A DNA stretch of 51,400 nt from Leucoraja ocellata (Eukaryota), in the NCBI GenBank assembly GCA_036785375.1, contig JAWMAR010004410.1, positions 1-51,400 of the forward strand. The letters run 5' to 3'. The number at the start of each line of letters is the position of its first letter. Position 1 is the first letter of the stretch. Below, piece after piece: positions 1 through 12,309 of this stretch. The notes below the pieces were generated by a model that did not search any database, was not told the DNA's origin, and saw only the letters and a program-made list of their open reading frames with translations. A program made the translations under genes and the position numbers.

Positions 1-441
1 TACTTGGCTAATAAATTCATTGCAATTATAATTACAATTATTTTAATTACAGAAGGAAAGTAGGTCAACATTATGACATCGAGTGACCAAAACATTTATC
101 AAATGGGTGACCTGGATACAGACAGGAAGTAAGAAGAGAGTTTAAGTACCGTTTGCTAAAGGTCAATGAGGAAGAGTTATGCAAAACCTACTTTCCGATT
201 TAAGTGCAAACTGCACATTCTAATGTAAATTGAATCTGCTACCTGCTTGTCCAATACCTGTGTTTATATATCCTCCGTAATAAGACTGTAAAAAGTATAA
301 TTTGATTTCAGGACTCTCCGATGTGCTGCACACCTTTGAAGTGGAGTCGTATTGTGATGCAGAAATTGTGGAAATCCAAGTTGCATGGAGTGTGAGTCAA
401 GAATGAATCTGTTGTTAAAAGATTAGTGTGCGGCAGCGTTA

Positions 442-1011
442 AGGGGCTGTCCCACTGCTGCGACCTAATTGGTGAGTTTAGAAGAGATTAGGAGAGTTTG
501 AAAAAATGTCATGCTGAAGACCTCCTTTGACTATGTAGAAGACCTCCTTCGACCTCCTTCGACTATGTTGAAGACTAGCTTCAACTAGCTACAACTAACT
601 TCGGCAAAATTGGACACCGAATAGTGGAGAGTGAAGACGACTTCCTTCGACCTCCCTTCGACTATGATGAAGTCTATCTACGACTACTTTCGACTACCTT
701 CGATTACCTTCGACTACCCTAGATTACCTACGAATAACATGCCGACCTACTACGACCTACTACGACTAAACCTACCAATAAAAAAAGTATTGATTTTTTC
801 TATGGCGACCTTTTTATACTCGCGGGCATTTTTCAATGTTGAAAAATATGCCCTGACCCAGCTGAGGCCTCGAGTACACGGGGACTACTCTCGAGCATGA
901 AGGAGAGTTACAAAGATCTCCTACGACCTCGTGTCGACCATGCTGAGCGTATGAGTCGAGGGCAAACTCGCCAGAACTCACGGATTAGGTCGCCCAAGTG
1001 GGACAGCCCCT
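442..1011. mobile_element. Non-autonomous PIF/Harbinger-type MITE
   Basis: Terminal inverted repeats AGGGGCTGTCCCACT...AGTGGGACAGCCCCT, flanked by TTA on both sides (439-441, 1012-1014). A TWA TSD is typical of PIF/Harbinger. The interior has degenerate CTTCGAC/CTACGAC micro-repeats. Confidence 0.8.
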
Positions 1012-1117
1012 TTATCGAGAGACTTCTACTGCTCCCTTTCGAAACATTGTCGCGATGTAATTTACTTGAGGGCAGATTCCAGAGTTGTGAATCTGTATAC
1101 TTCTCTGCCACAGAAGG

Positions 1118-1313
1118 CAGTGGAGGCCAATTCACTGGATGTTTTCAATAGAGAGTTAGATATAGCTCAAGGCTAATGGAATCAAGGGATGTGGGGAGAA
1201 AGCAGGAACGGGGGGTACTGATTTTGGATGATCAGCCATGTTCATATTGAATGGTGATGTTGGCTCGAAGGGCCGAATGGCCTACTCCTGCACCTATTTT
1301 CTCTGTTTCTATG
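1118..1313 (+). mobile_element. CR1-type LINE 3' fragment
   Basis: Matches the 3' end of the RT-bearing CR1 copies at 34957 and 47255 (GGCTCGAAGGGCCGAATGGCCTACTCCTGCACCTATTT...CTATG tail). Confidence 0.8.
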
Positions 1314-3971
1314 ATGCCTCATTTATCAACAGAGTATCTGGTTTTAACTGAAATATGTCATCTCAATCTGCTTTTCATTATCTAAAGCAACAACTGATTG
1401 CCAACACATTTCATTCACAAACCACCCTTTTATTGACCACTTTATTTCCATCTGCTTATTTTTTTAATCTTCCCTTCAATTAAAGTTTTTAATATTGCAC
1501 CACATCCGATTCTCTATTTTAGTATTTTTCTAGCTTTGTCTAATGAAATAAATATTGGCTATTAGTATAGTCCTAATAAAACAAAGCTGCACGGAAGATC
1601 AACAATAAAGATATTATTTATTTAAATTTGTCAATGCAATTGGAGGGTGTTCCAAATTAAGTTGACAGCTGTTCACTCACTTCCACGCCCTGTCATTCTG
1701 TAACAATAAGGAACTGCAGATACTGGTTTATACCAATGTTTAACCCTATTATGTTCATGCTTACAGGCTATTAACACATTTGTAATATGCTAGTGACGTA
1801 CATTCAGTTTAATCTATTGTGGGAGAGGCTTGTACTGGAGAGATGTCTGTGGCTGCTGAAGGGGGTGAATGGAAGTAATAAGTAAGCCTTTTGCAAACTG
1901 GCACCTATAAAATAAACACAGCTGTGTAGCATGATTTTGTATAAACATTAACATAAATGCAGGAAGCACGTGGCTCCATGGACAACGTCTGTGGAAAGAG
2001 CAACCAGTTGAAGTAAAACACCAAAAAAAGACACAAAGTGCTTGAGTAACTCAGGAGGTCAGACAGCATCACTGGAGAACACTGGAGATGCTGTTTCGGG
2101 AAGAAGAGTCCCAACGCAAATTGTCACCTATTCATGTTCTCCAGTGATGCTGCCTGGCCCACTGAGTCACTCCAGCACTTTTTGTCTTTCTTTTTCAATA
2201 AACCCGCATCTGCAGTTCCTCTTATCTCCACACAAAACAAAATGTGCTGGAGAAACTCAGCGTCTCAGGCAGACCTTGAGAGGGAATGGACAGGCAACTT
2301 TTCAGGTCAGGACACTTTCTTTGGTGGAATGGTCCTGAAATGAAAGTCACCAGTCCATGCCAGTTCCTCCAGTACTTTGCCCAATATTTCTGTATCTACA
2401 GTCTCTTGTATATTTGGACAAGTTAGCGTTTCAGGTTGCAGACTCTTCATCACGACCATCCCTATAAACATTAGCCTATTTCCAGAAATACCGCATATTT
2501 TCCATCAAAAGCAAAATAATTGGGTTCAGGCAATCAGAAATACAAGCGGAAATCTTTTGCTGTCTCTTCTACCTACTGCATATCCTTGCACACTTAAGCT
2601 GGCAACTTTTATCAACCAGAAATCACAATTCCATATCGGCAATTACCAAACCAATATTCGGTTCATCCACTTCTCTGTTATCAGGCTTCTGTGTCATCCA
2701 GGAATACTGCCCATTCCCCTCGACCCTATTTCAGACATTGGACGTTGTCTCCAGAACTGATGCACTACACTGCTGGGAACTATATTCGCTGTCTCTATCT
2801 TCCCATTTGCTCGACCTATTGTTTCTGAATTTGGCTTGATTATATTTATGAATACTATTATCTGATCTGATTGGATAGCATGCAAAACAAATCTTTTCAC
2901 TGTACCTCAGCACACCTGACAATAATAAACCTAAATCTAAACCTAAATGCTGTGTGCATTGAGATATATCTCCTTTAATTTTATCTTTTGAATAATTTTT
3001 CGCTTTGAACCAATTTGCTGATTGCCTTTGCTTCAGTACCTGTTTATTTCACTTATACTTGTCTAACTTGCATATCCTGTGTTGTTTCTCTCCTTTCAGA
3101 ATTCTCTCCAAGGTTCCCATCCCCCTGCCAAGCATATTCAAACCCACCCCAACAGAAATCTCCCCATCAAGGGTATTGATCGTTATTCTGATACATTGCA
3201 ACTTCAAGTCAAGAGTTTATTGTCATGTGTCCCAGATAGGACAATGAAATTCATCCTCCTTGCTTCAGAAGACCACAACTTCTGGTTGCTCAACTTCCTC
3301 CAAATGGTTGAATTCCTGATTACTATCAGTCTCTCACTCTTCTTCCTGTCTGACTAAGAAGCTGAACCACATGGGATGGCATGGTTCTGCTTCTGGCCAC
3401 CCTTCTCTGCACAGTTCTCCATCATCTCACCAGTAAACAAAACAATAACATTTATTTGGTGAAGTCAAGGAGAACTCTATCCATGTTTGAGGGAGGACAC
3501 AGCATGGGAACAACAGTGTTGTAAATGTAGCCAGTGTGGATGAGAGCCTTGTCATCTACAGAGAAGAAGCAACCACTGCTGATGATCATTGACGACTCCA
3601 CAAAAGCAATTTGTTGCTGATTTGTGAAGTGCTTTCAGATGGCTTTCTTGGAATGCAATTGGAGCGTAAGTTGCTTTGTTCCTACTGTAGCATGTTAGCA
3701 AAAGTATGAACTATTTTAATTAACATTCATTCTTTTGTTTAATGTGGTGGAACAACCGGAGGAAGCCCTTGAAGCGCTGGATTGCAGTGTGATCAAAAAT
3801 AACAATGATGTGAAACATATTCAACTCGAGATGTTTAGGTATCAGCTCAAATCAGTGGTTTCCTGTCCACACCAACAACAACCATGCCAGCAGAACAGTA
3901 CGTCATGAAAAGTATTTCTCAAAATTGGCTGGAAATTATTGGTCAGATTCTATTTGTTTTGTGGGTCCCTT

Positions 3972-4219
3972 GCAGAGAGTTTTCACACAGAGGTGAATCT
4001 CTGTAACTCTCTGCCACAGAGGGTAGTCGAGGCCAGTTCATTGGCTATATTTAAGAGGGAGTTAGATGTGGCCCTTGTGGCTAAGGGGATCAGAGGGTAT
4101 GGAGAGAAGGCAGGTACGGGATACTGAGTTGGATGATCAGCCATGATCATATTGAATGGCGGTGCAGGCTCGAAGGGCCGAATGGCCTACTCCTGCACCT
4201 AATTTCTATGTTTCTATGT
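3972..4219 (+). mobile_element. CR1-type LINE 3' fragment
   Basis: Encodes LPQRVVEASSLAIFKRELD, as in the 34957 copy, plus the conserved 3' UTR and CTATGTTTCTATG tail. Confidence 0.85.
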
Positions 4220-7164
4220 AATGATGTCAGTAGATAACACAGTTTTCATAATATTGTTATTTTGGGACTTCTTGGTGCCATTCCTATTGCTTTTGAAAGT
4301 CTTTAATTGTTCTTAACTTAAGAGGGAGATTTGAAGAATCTCCTTAAGAAGGAGAATACTTGGAGACTCACCAGTCCACCAATATTGCCCTGGAGTCAAC
4401 ATACATTAAAAATTGACATTGTACACTTTGCTGTATTGGAAGTTGAGGAAATATATATGACTGGAAAAAAAACATCTTCTTTTAGATTACCTCACTGGTT
4501 ATGAAAAAAATTGAGAAGTGGGAAATTACTTGAAAAGACCTCTGAGGAAATGTCCTGCTAATATCGGCAACACTGTACAGTAGTGTCTTTCCTTCACCCA
4601 CAATAAACAGTACACACTTAAAAAAAAACTTAGTGTCAGAGCTAGCATCTGCAATCATGAGGGAAATGATTGGATTTCAGGGACTCTGTCATTAACTCCA
4701 ACCATCCTTATTCCAGGAGTTATACTTGAATCCATGCATGTTTGCCTGAACTTGAGACCACTGCAGGTTACAGGCTTGAACTGCCATGATGATGAATCCC
4801 ATGCTATATCAGGTACGCACCCCTTTACAAATTGCATCATGTGACTAATGGCTGGACGTAGAATGCCACAAGAAGATTCCTGTCCCTACGTAAACTTTTC
4901 TATTTTCTAATAAGGTAGTCTTGTTTCCTTGAATCACTCGTTATTTTACAGTGTTTCAGAGCGAGAACCTGAGCTGCCAAGGCGCTTCTGGTGTGGGTTT
5001 TAGAAGTGATATTTGAAGTCGGTAACCTGATAGCCTCCCAGGTTGAATGCAGTTGAAATGTTCTTTGTGGAATTGTTCAGCGTGGGATTGTTTTGTTATA
5101 TTTGAATGTCAACCTGAAACATCTGTTCTGAGAAGCGAGCAGTTTCAATTCACACAAGAGTCAGAACAGTCAGTGAAATGTACTTTTTGTCACTTAAATC
5201 ATTCAAAGGCACAGTATTCTGTGTGTTTCAACTGCCTCCATAATTCTCATTTCTGGAACTACTAAATATTGAGAGATATTGCAACTTACCAACTGGGCTG
5301 GGGCCTCCAGCAATGAAAGATTTGCTCCTTGGATGCTGCTAAATGATCTGAAGGAAATTCATAACGACTTCCCATAAAACGGTGTCCAGTTTATGGGAGG
5401 TCAATTTCCTTTAGATCATTTAGCAGCTTCCAAGAAAAACTTTCAAAATATTGGCCTGTGAATGACTCTAAAATAATTACCCTGCCACTTATTTCGTAAC
5501 CTGAAATAAAACCAGCTAATGCTGGGAATACTCGGCAAGTCATGCAATATCTGCATAGAAAAGCTAAATTGGCCTTTCAGGTTGCGTAAGAGTCCTCAGC
5601 ATTTTGCTTGCACTGGAAATCTCACGACAGCTGGATAATAAAGCAGGGAATGATTGACGTACATAGGAGTGTGTGATATACAATGCATTTATTGATTGCT
5701 GCTCTTAAGCAGATTAAAAGGAGCATTGACTTATTTTGCACCATGCCGAATTGTGGAAATCAGTGATCAGCAATATTAAATGTCATGTTAACAGTCTCAA
5801 TAAATCCTGGGTAAATTGCACATGTCAGTAGGAGTCGGCTGGTCAAGGTTAGACTTTCCCACATTATACAACTGGGACTTCTTTGGTAGGAACTAATTCA
5901 TTTGTATAGCCTTTGTTGCTTCTGTCTCCAATATGCATGAGTCTGTTTCTCTGCTGTAAATTACATCTGATCTGTTACTTACCTTAGATCAAATATAGTT
6001 TTGAGACATGATTGAATGTTCCTAACCCAAAAGATTGCTAGTCCATTCCCTCCAGAGCTGCTGTCTGAACTGTCGAGTTACTCCTGCATTTTGTGCTTTA
6101 CTTAAGAGGTGTTTGTTTTCTAAAGATAAAAAGCTGTAACAGATGGTTCATTGAGCTGGTGTCAGGTGTGTGGTTTCAAGGTTTGCTCATTGACTCATCC
6201 TTGATGTGTTGATTTAAAAATTGAGTTGAAAAATGCACAGCCAGCTATTGTACGGAAATTGAGGCAAACTGCTTTGACGATACACATTTTTAATATCCAT
6301 CGTGAATTGCCTCATGAGAAAACATAGAAACATAAAAAAATAGGTGTAGGAGGAGGCCATTTGGCCCTTCGTGCCTGCACTGTCATTCATTATGATCATG
6401 GCTGATCATCCACAGTCAGTAACTCGTGCTTGCCTTCTCCCCATATACCTTGATTCATCCATTCTTTACTTGAATTCATGGTGTCATCAGATCCAATACA
6501 TTCACTGTGTCAATAAATTAATACATTTCATCTACAGAGAACCAATCCCAATTAAGTAAAACGCAAAGTGATGGAATAACTCAACGGGTCAGGCAGCAGC
6601 TCTGTGGTAATGGACAAGCGACGTTTCCGGTTGTGAGCTTCCACTTATGTGGCCTCTGTGAACATTACACGCTGAATCCATGGCCCCAATTGTAACCCAA
6701 TTGTAACCATGTAAGAATCAGATGCTTCTCATCAAGCACACACCCTGCCTGAGGTCATCGCCCACCAACTCTGGAACTGTCCGAGGCGACTCAAGGTGAC
6801 CCAAAATCAAACCTATTTCCATATTGGCACTGGATGCAGGAGCCATCACTGATGCATTTGTAAGGGTCTTATTTCGGTAGAATTATTTCCAATTATAGCT
6901 CTTACATGGAGAGCAATGTGTTCTTCTGCTTGTGCGTATGTCCAGTTGATTTCGATACCAATTTTCTGAGGCATTAAAATAAAGACAAATGAGGAATTTA
7001 TTTATTCATGCTTTGGACAACCTTCTCAAATCCAACATTCTTAAGAAACATTTTTCCATTACAAACAATCCCAGGCCCATATAAGGAGGTTTTTGGCTAT
7101 TTGTTTCTCAACTTAAACTCAATACCGGTGAGTTTACTAAATTGGCATAATTTCCGTGGAGCCG

Positions 7165-8270
7165 TGGAGTCATACAGCACGGAAACAGGCCCTTCACCTC
7201 AACTGACCCATGCCGACGAAGATGCCCCATCTATACTGGTCTCACCTGCCCATGTTGGCCCATATCCCTCTAAACCATTTCAACCATGTACCTGTCCAAA
7301 TGTCTTTCAAATACTGTTGTCGTACCTGCTTCAACTACCTCCTCTGGCAGCTTCTTCCAGAAACGCACTACCATGTGTGTGAATAAGTAGCCTCTCGGGT
7401 TCCTATTAAAATCTTTTCTCTCTCACCTTATACATATGTTCTCTGGTTCTTGATTCCCCAACTGTGGGTAAAAGATCCTGTCCATTCACCATATCTATTC
7501 CTCTCATGATCGTATATACGATCTATCTATCAGATCATCTATCATCCATATACGCTCCTAGCCAAGGAATAAAGTTCCAACCTCTCCCTCGAGCTGAGGA
7601 CCTCAAGTCCCAGCAGCATCCTCGTAAATCTTCTCTGAACTCCATCCAGTTTTATATTTGACCAGCAGATGGTGCAAGAACTACACTAGGATTCAGAACA
7701 TAAATCAAAGTGCAGATAACTGCAGCATCTGTAGCAACAGTTTTTCTGAAAGCAAGAAAACTACAAATATGGAGCCAAGTAAAAGTCTGATTATCCGACA
7801 CACTTGGGAATTTGAAAGTTGGTTGATTGTCAACTTTTCCAGATTATTGAATGTTGTTCCTATTCACACCCTACACATTTTCAATTCATATGAAAAAATA
7901 TTATATAGTATTGCTGTGCTATATTTTCTATGGTCTATAATATAAAAAAACAAATTCAACACTGGAGCTATTTCATAAATAGACAATAGACACTAGGTGC
8001 AGGGGTAGGCCATTCGGCCCTTCGAGCCAGCACTGCTATTCAATGTGATCATGGCTGATCATCCCCAATCAGTATCCCGTTCCTGCCTTCTCCCCACATC
8101 TCCTGACTCCGCTATCTTTAAGAGCCCTATCTAGCGCTCTCTTGAAAGCATCCAGAGAACTGGCCTCCACTGCCTTCCACCGAGGCAGAGAATTCCACAG
8201 ACTCACAACTCTCTGTGAGAAAAAGTGTTTTGTCGTCTCTGTTCTAAATGGCTTAGCCCTTATTCTTAAA
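7165..8270 (-). mobile_element. Cluster of CR1-type LINE 3' fragments (about 7165-7650 and 7981-8270)
   Basis: Reverse complements of CR1 3' ends, including an AGACAAT-type tail at 7981. Confidence 0.7.
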
Positions 8271-9539
8271 TTATTTCTTAAATTCTTAAATAGTATTTAC
8301 TTTAGCTACCTCAAGAAAGTAATTGGTTCTTGCTTGATACCCTTATTTTTCCAAAGTAGAATTGTTCTTCCTTGCTGACTATCTAGCTTCTCCACATAAA
8401 TGCCTTTCTTCTTCATCTGCAAAGCAGTGAGAGAAGACAACCAAATAATGGGCCAATTTATCACATGAGCCATCGTACTTGAGTACATTGATTTCTCACA
8501 ACTGATCACCACTGGGAAAGGCCTAGATATTTCACCAAATAGGGTGCAAAAGGTAGTCACCGTCATGGAGAGATTCAGCGTGAAAACAGACACTTTGACC
8601 CACCAAATCTGTGCCAACTTACATTATATTTTATCATTATACCCATGTTATATTACATTTAATGCACCAAACCAAATGTATTTTAAGCATATAACTGCTA
8701 TGTTAAATTTATGCACAAGGTGGCGCACTGGTAGAAAAGATAGGAATGGCATCTACTGTGCCAATACGTATAGTTATGATATGGCCGTGTACAGATGCAG
8801 AGCAGTTCCACATATGCCATATAAGAGGTTAGTTCACAATCTGACCCAAGAATATAATACAGAAGAGTAGAGTCAAAATCAAGTAAACACTTTAATGACT
8901 CTGTTCATCACCTTCACTATGATCTTCTCCCTATGAATCTAAAATTCAGTTGGGCCATTTCTTGCATCTCTCCCTTTTTCTGTATCTCTCTGTCACTGTC
9001 TCAGGAGACTAACAATCTACTGACATTTAACATAGTCCAACTAACCCCCACAATGATCTTGACAAGTCTTCCTCCCACATGGTCTCTTGTAAACAAAGAA
9101 AATAGGTGCAAGTCGAGGTCATTTGGTACTTCGAGCCAGCACCACAGTGCTGTAAGTCCACCTTTCTTTCCCTTTCTCTCAGTGTCACCTTTTCTGTTGC
9201 ATCTACTCTCAAGAAGAGACTTTCCTTTCCAGAACATAGGCTCTGGTGAAGTTATTTTCATCATAGGTTTAAGGTAATAAGGTTTAAGGGGAAAGGCTTA
9301 ATAGGAACCTGATAGGGTGGAGGGTGCATGGAACGAGCTGCAAGAGGAGGTAATTGAGGCAGGTACTATCTCTTGCAGTGTTTAAGAAACATTTAGACAG
9401 GTACGTGGATAGGACAGGTTTAGTGGGTTATGGACCAAAAGCAGACAGGAGGGACTAGTGTAGCTGGGACATGTTGGCAAGGTGGGCCAATGGGCCTGTT
9501 TCCATGCTGTATGACCCTATGACTCTATAACATCTCAGA

Positions 9540-10170
9540 TGTCCTCCACAAAATGTGATTTCTCCTCTGCTGTGGTCGATGGACCTCCCGTTCACATTTC
9601 CTCCATTTAACAAAGATACTATTCCCTTGGTCTTTACCTTTCCACCAGCTGCGATGGGATCCCACCAGCAGTCACATCTTCCCCACCCCATCTCTTCCTG
9701 CTTTCCCTCTGCCACTCACTAATTCACTTATACATTCCCACCCACCTCTCCCTGCCCCCTAGCTCTTTCTACTGCAACCGTAAGAGATGCTACACTTGTT
9801 CCTACATCTATGTCCTCACTACCATCCAGTGACCTAAACAGTATTTCCAGGTCAGATGTAGATTCACGATCTGCTACAACTTTGTCTACTCAATTTGTAT
9901 TCCTGATGTGATCTCCTCTACATCGGCGAGACCAGCTGTAGTTCAAGCAGCTGCCTCGTGGAAGTGCTCTGTCCCTAATGGCTATTCTGTCTTCCCAGTT
10001 GCCAGACCTTTCATCTCCCCTTCCTACTCACACTGACCAGTCTGTCCTAGGCCTTCACATGACCATGGTGAGGTCTAATCCAGATTGGAAGAACAGCACT
10101 TCAGATCTCATCTGGGTAATCTACAATTTAGTATGAACAATGAAAATTAGATTATTACATGTGCTGCAAT
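9540..10170 (+). mobile_element. Degenerate Penelope-like element, GIY-YIG endonuclease remnant (paralog about 27580-28215)
   Basis: CTCCTCTACATCGGCGAGACC encodes LLYIGET, preceded by a decayed IQ.PKQ.FQV...F motif typical of Penelope GIY-YIG domains. Contains stops and frameshifts. Confidence 0.65.
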
Positions 10171-10319
10171 TTCAGGTAATCCTGTGCTCCCTTTTCTCTC
10201 ATTTTTGTCATTGTGTAAAAAAAGTTGCCCGTCAGATTCCTATTAACTCCCCCTTCACTTTAAACCTAATGCTATAGGTTGAACAAGGGCGGAAAAAGCA
10301 TTTTTCAGTGGTGCCAGTG

Positions 10320-10730
10320 CAGGAAGTGAGAGTTAAACTTTATCAAAATGCTTCAATGGGTGAAAGAAACTTATTTGAAGTAAGACAACCTTGCTGCAGC
10401 GAATTATAAAAGGCACTGAAGTCACTCTGACGGCGCATTGACTGGGGTAGCTGTTTTAGATGCTGTGACATTGTGTTTGATTCCGTTCTCTTCCAACACG
10501 CACTCTGTGGATTTCATTGACACAGATCCTCAGTGTTTGCTTGAACAAAGGCAGTGATATTAATCTAGGGAAAGTGAAAACTTCCTTCGGCTCGAACGTA
10601 ACTTCCTCTGCTCAGTACACCCTCTGGCATTTCACAGTCTCTGATATTCTCCGTCTGCGATGCGAGTTCACAGCGGACGGATCATCCTCACTTGACATTT
10701 GCACGATTGGAGCTGACCGCGGGCGGAGAG
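10320..10730 (+). promoter_or_regulatory. Putative hematopoietic/interferon-type promoter of copy A
   Basis: ETS CAGGAAGTG (10320), TATAAAAG (10405), IRF/ISRE-like GAAAGTGAAA (10570-10579) abutting ETS ACTTCC, PU.1-like ACTTCCTCT (10601-10609), octamer-like ATTTGCAC (10697), reverse CCAAT (10706) and GC box GGGCGG (10721), all upstream of ATG 10767. Motif matches only. Confidence 0.5.
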
Positions 10731-10766
10731 TTTAACATTTCCAGGGCCGGTCAGAATCGGGTAAAG

Positions 10767-10815
10767 ATGCAACTCCTCCTGAAGCTGCTTTTCCTCCTGC
10801 ATGCAGGAACACAAG
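10767..10815 (+). CDS. IgSF receptor copy A, exon 1: signal peptide MQLLLKLLFLLHAGTQ(G)
   Basis: ATG in AAGATG context, hydrophobic leader, phase-1 donor AAG|GCAAGT (GC-AG type). Joins the V exon in frame. Confidence 0.75.
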
Positions 10816-11522
10816 GCAAGTTATGTTGATCGGACAATCTGTGGGCCAAGGAGCCGTGATGAGGATCTTCATTATGTGGCATATTGCATCGATAGGTAGT
10901 TCAGGAGCTAGTCTGTTATTAAAACAGCAAGTCGATTAATATCTCTGCTCAAAGGCCGAGAAACCCTTCACAATATTTAGTCTCCATTTAATCAGTATCT
11001 TTAATGTTGGAATAAAAGTTTTGCATCTTCATTGACTGCGATTGCCTGCAAAGATTCAAATAGTTAAAACATTTGAGATATAATTCGGTCACTGCAACTC
11101 CATCAGAGAGCACAAAGCAAGAAACTTACGAAGGTGTAGAAACGAAGAACAGCAGATTCTGGTTTGCAAGTGAAGACACAGAGTGCTGGAGCAACTCAGC
11201 GGGTCAGGCAGGCAGCATCCCTGGAGAACATGGATAGGAGGCGTTTCGGGTCGGGACCCTTTTCCAAACTTTGAAAAATCATCTCATCCATGTGCTCCTG
11301 AGATGTTTCCTGACCCGCCGAGTTACTCCAGCCACTTGTGTCTTTTCTAGCGTCCAAATATCACGGTGCCACCTGCCACCGAATCTGCTGAGAGAAGGCA
11401 TTTGCAACCATCATGGAAGCGAGAATCGTTGTTTGAAAACGTCAGATTTGAATGCGTTTCTTTTAAGTATTGTTTCCGTTAGAAAACCAATCCCTCGTTC
11501 AGTGTGTAAAGTGGATGTTTAT

Positions 11523-12258
11523 AGGGTGATTTCACCAAAGGTCAAATGAGCGTAGACCCCCCATCACGTGACCGAAAATTTTAACTGGAGGACATCTCTC
11601 AGTTCGGTACATGTAAGTGAATGGGGAAACAGCACTTTCCCACCCGTTAAAAACATGGAAAACGGCCGATTTTTGAGCTGAAATTTTCTGTGCTAGTCGG
11701 GGTGACCGTGAAGCACAGCGACCTAAAATTTCAGGCAAAATAAAAGATAGAAAGTAAGGTAAATACAAGAGGGAACTGAAGGTGGAACACAGCGGAAGTG
11801 AACAGCCGACATTTGCCGTGGAGATTTTAAGATCCAAAATATCGGGAATTATCGCGTTTGCTCGCTAAATTTCATCAAAAGTAAGTTAATAATGCCTTCC
11901 TTTTGATGAAATTCAGCGAGCAAACGCGATAATTCCCGATATTTTGGATCTTAAAATCACCACGGCAAATGTCAGCTGTTCACTTCCACTGCTTTCTACC
12001 TTCAGTTCCCTCTTGTAATTACCTTACTTTCTATCTTTTTTTTGCCTGAAATTTTAGGTCGCTGTGCTTTACGGTCACCCCGACTAGCACAGAAAATTTC
12101 AGCTCAAAAATCGGCCGTTTTCCATGTTTTTAACGGGTGGGAAAGTGCGTGTTTCCCCATTCACTTACATGTACCAAACTGAGAGATGTCCTCCAGTAAA
12201 AAATTTCGGTCACGTGAGGGGGGATCTACGCTCATTTGACCTTAGGTGAAATCACCCT
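11523..12258. mobile_element. Fold-back (palindromic) non-autonomous DNA transposon, copy A only
   Basis: Arms of about 360 bp are near-perfect reverse complements around a ~20-nt spacer (about 11881-11900). Ends are AGGGTGATTTCACC...GGTGAAATCACCCT, flanked by AT/AT. The paralogous empty site is GTTT-AT-TGAACT at about 29557-29568. Confidence 0.9.
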
Positions 12259-12309
12259 ATTGAACTACTAACGGGAGTATCATTGACAAATGTATTTATT
12301 TTCCACCAG

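Noticed and set aside
8306-9277. Duplicated ~100-aa ORFs upstream of the leader as genes
   Set aside because: They have no recognisable domains and overlap on both strands. Their recurrence at 26347-27288 reflects DNA-level duplication, with an in-frame stop at 26588 and a frameshift in copy B.
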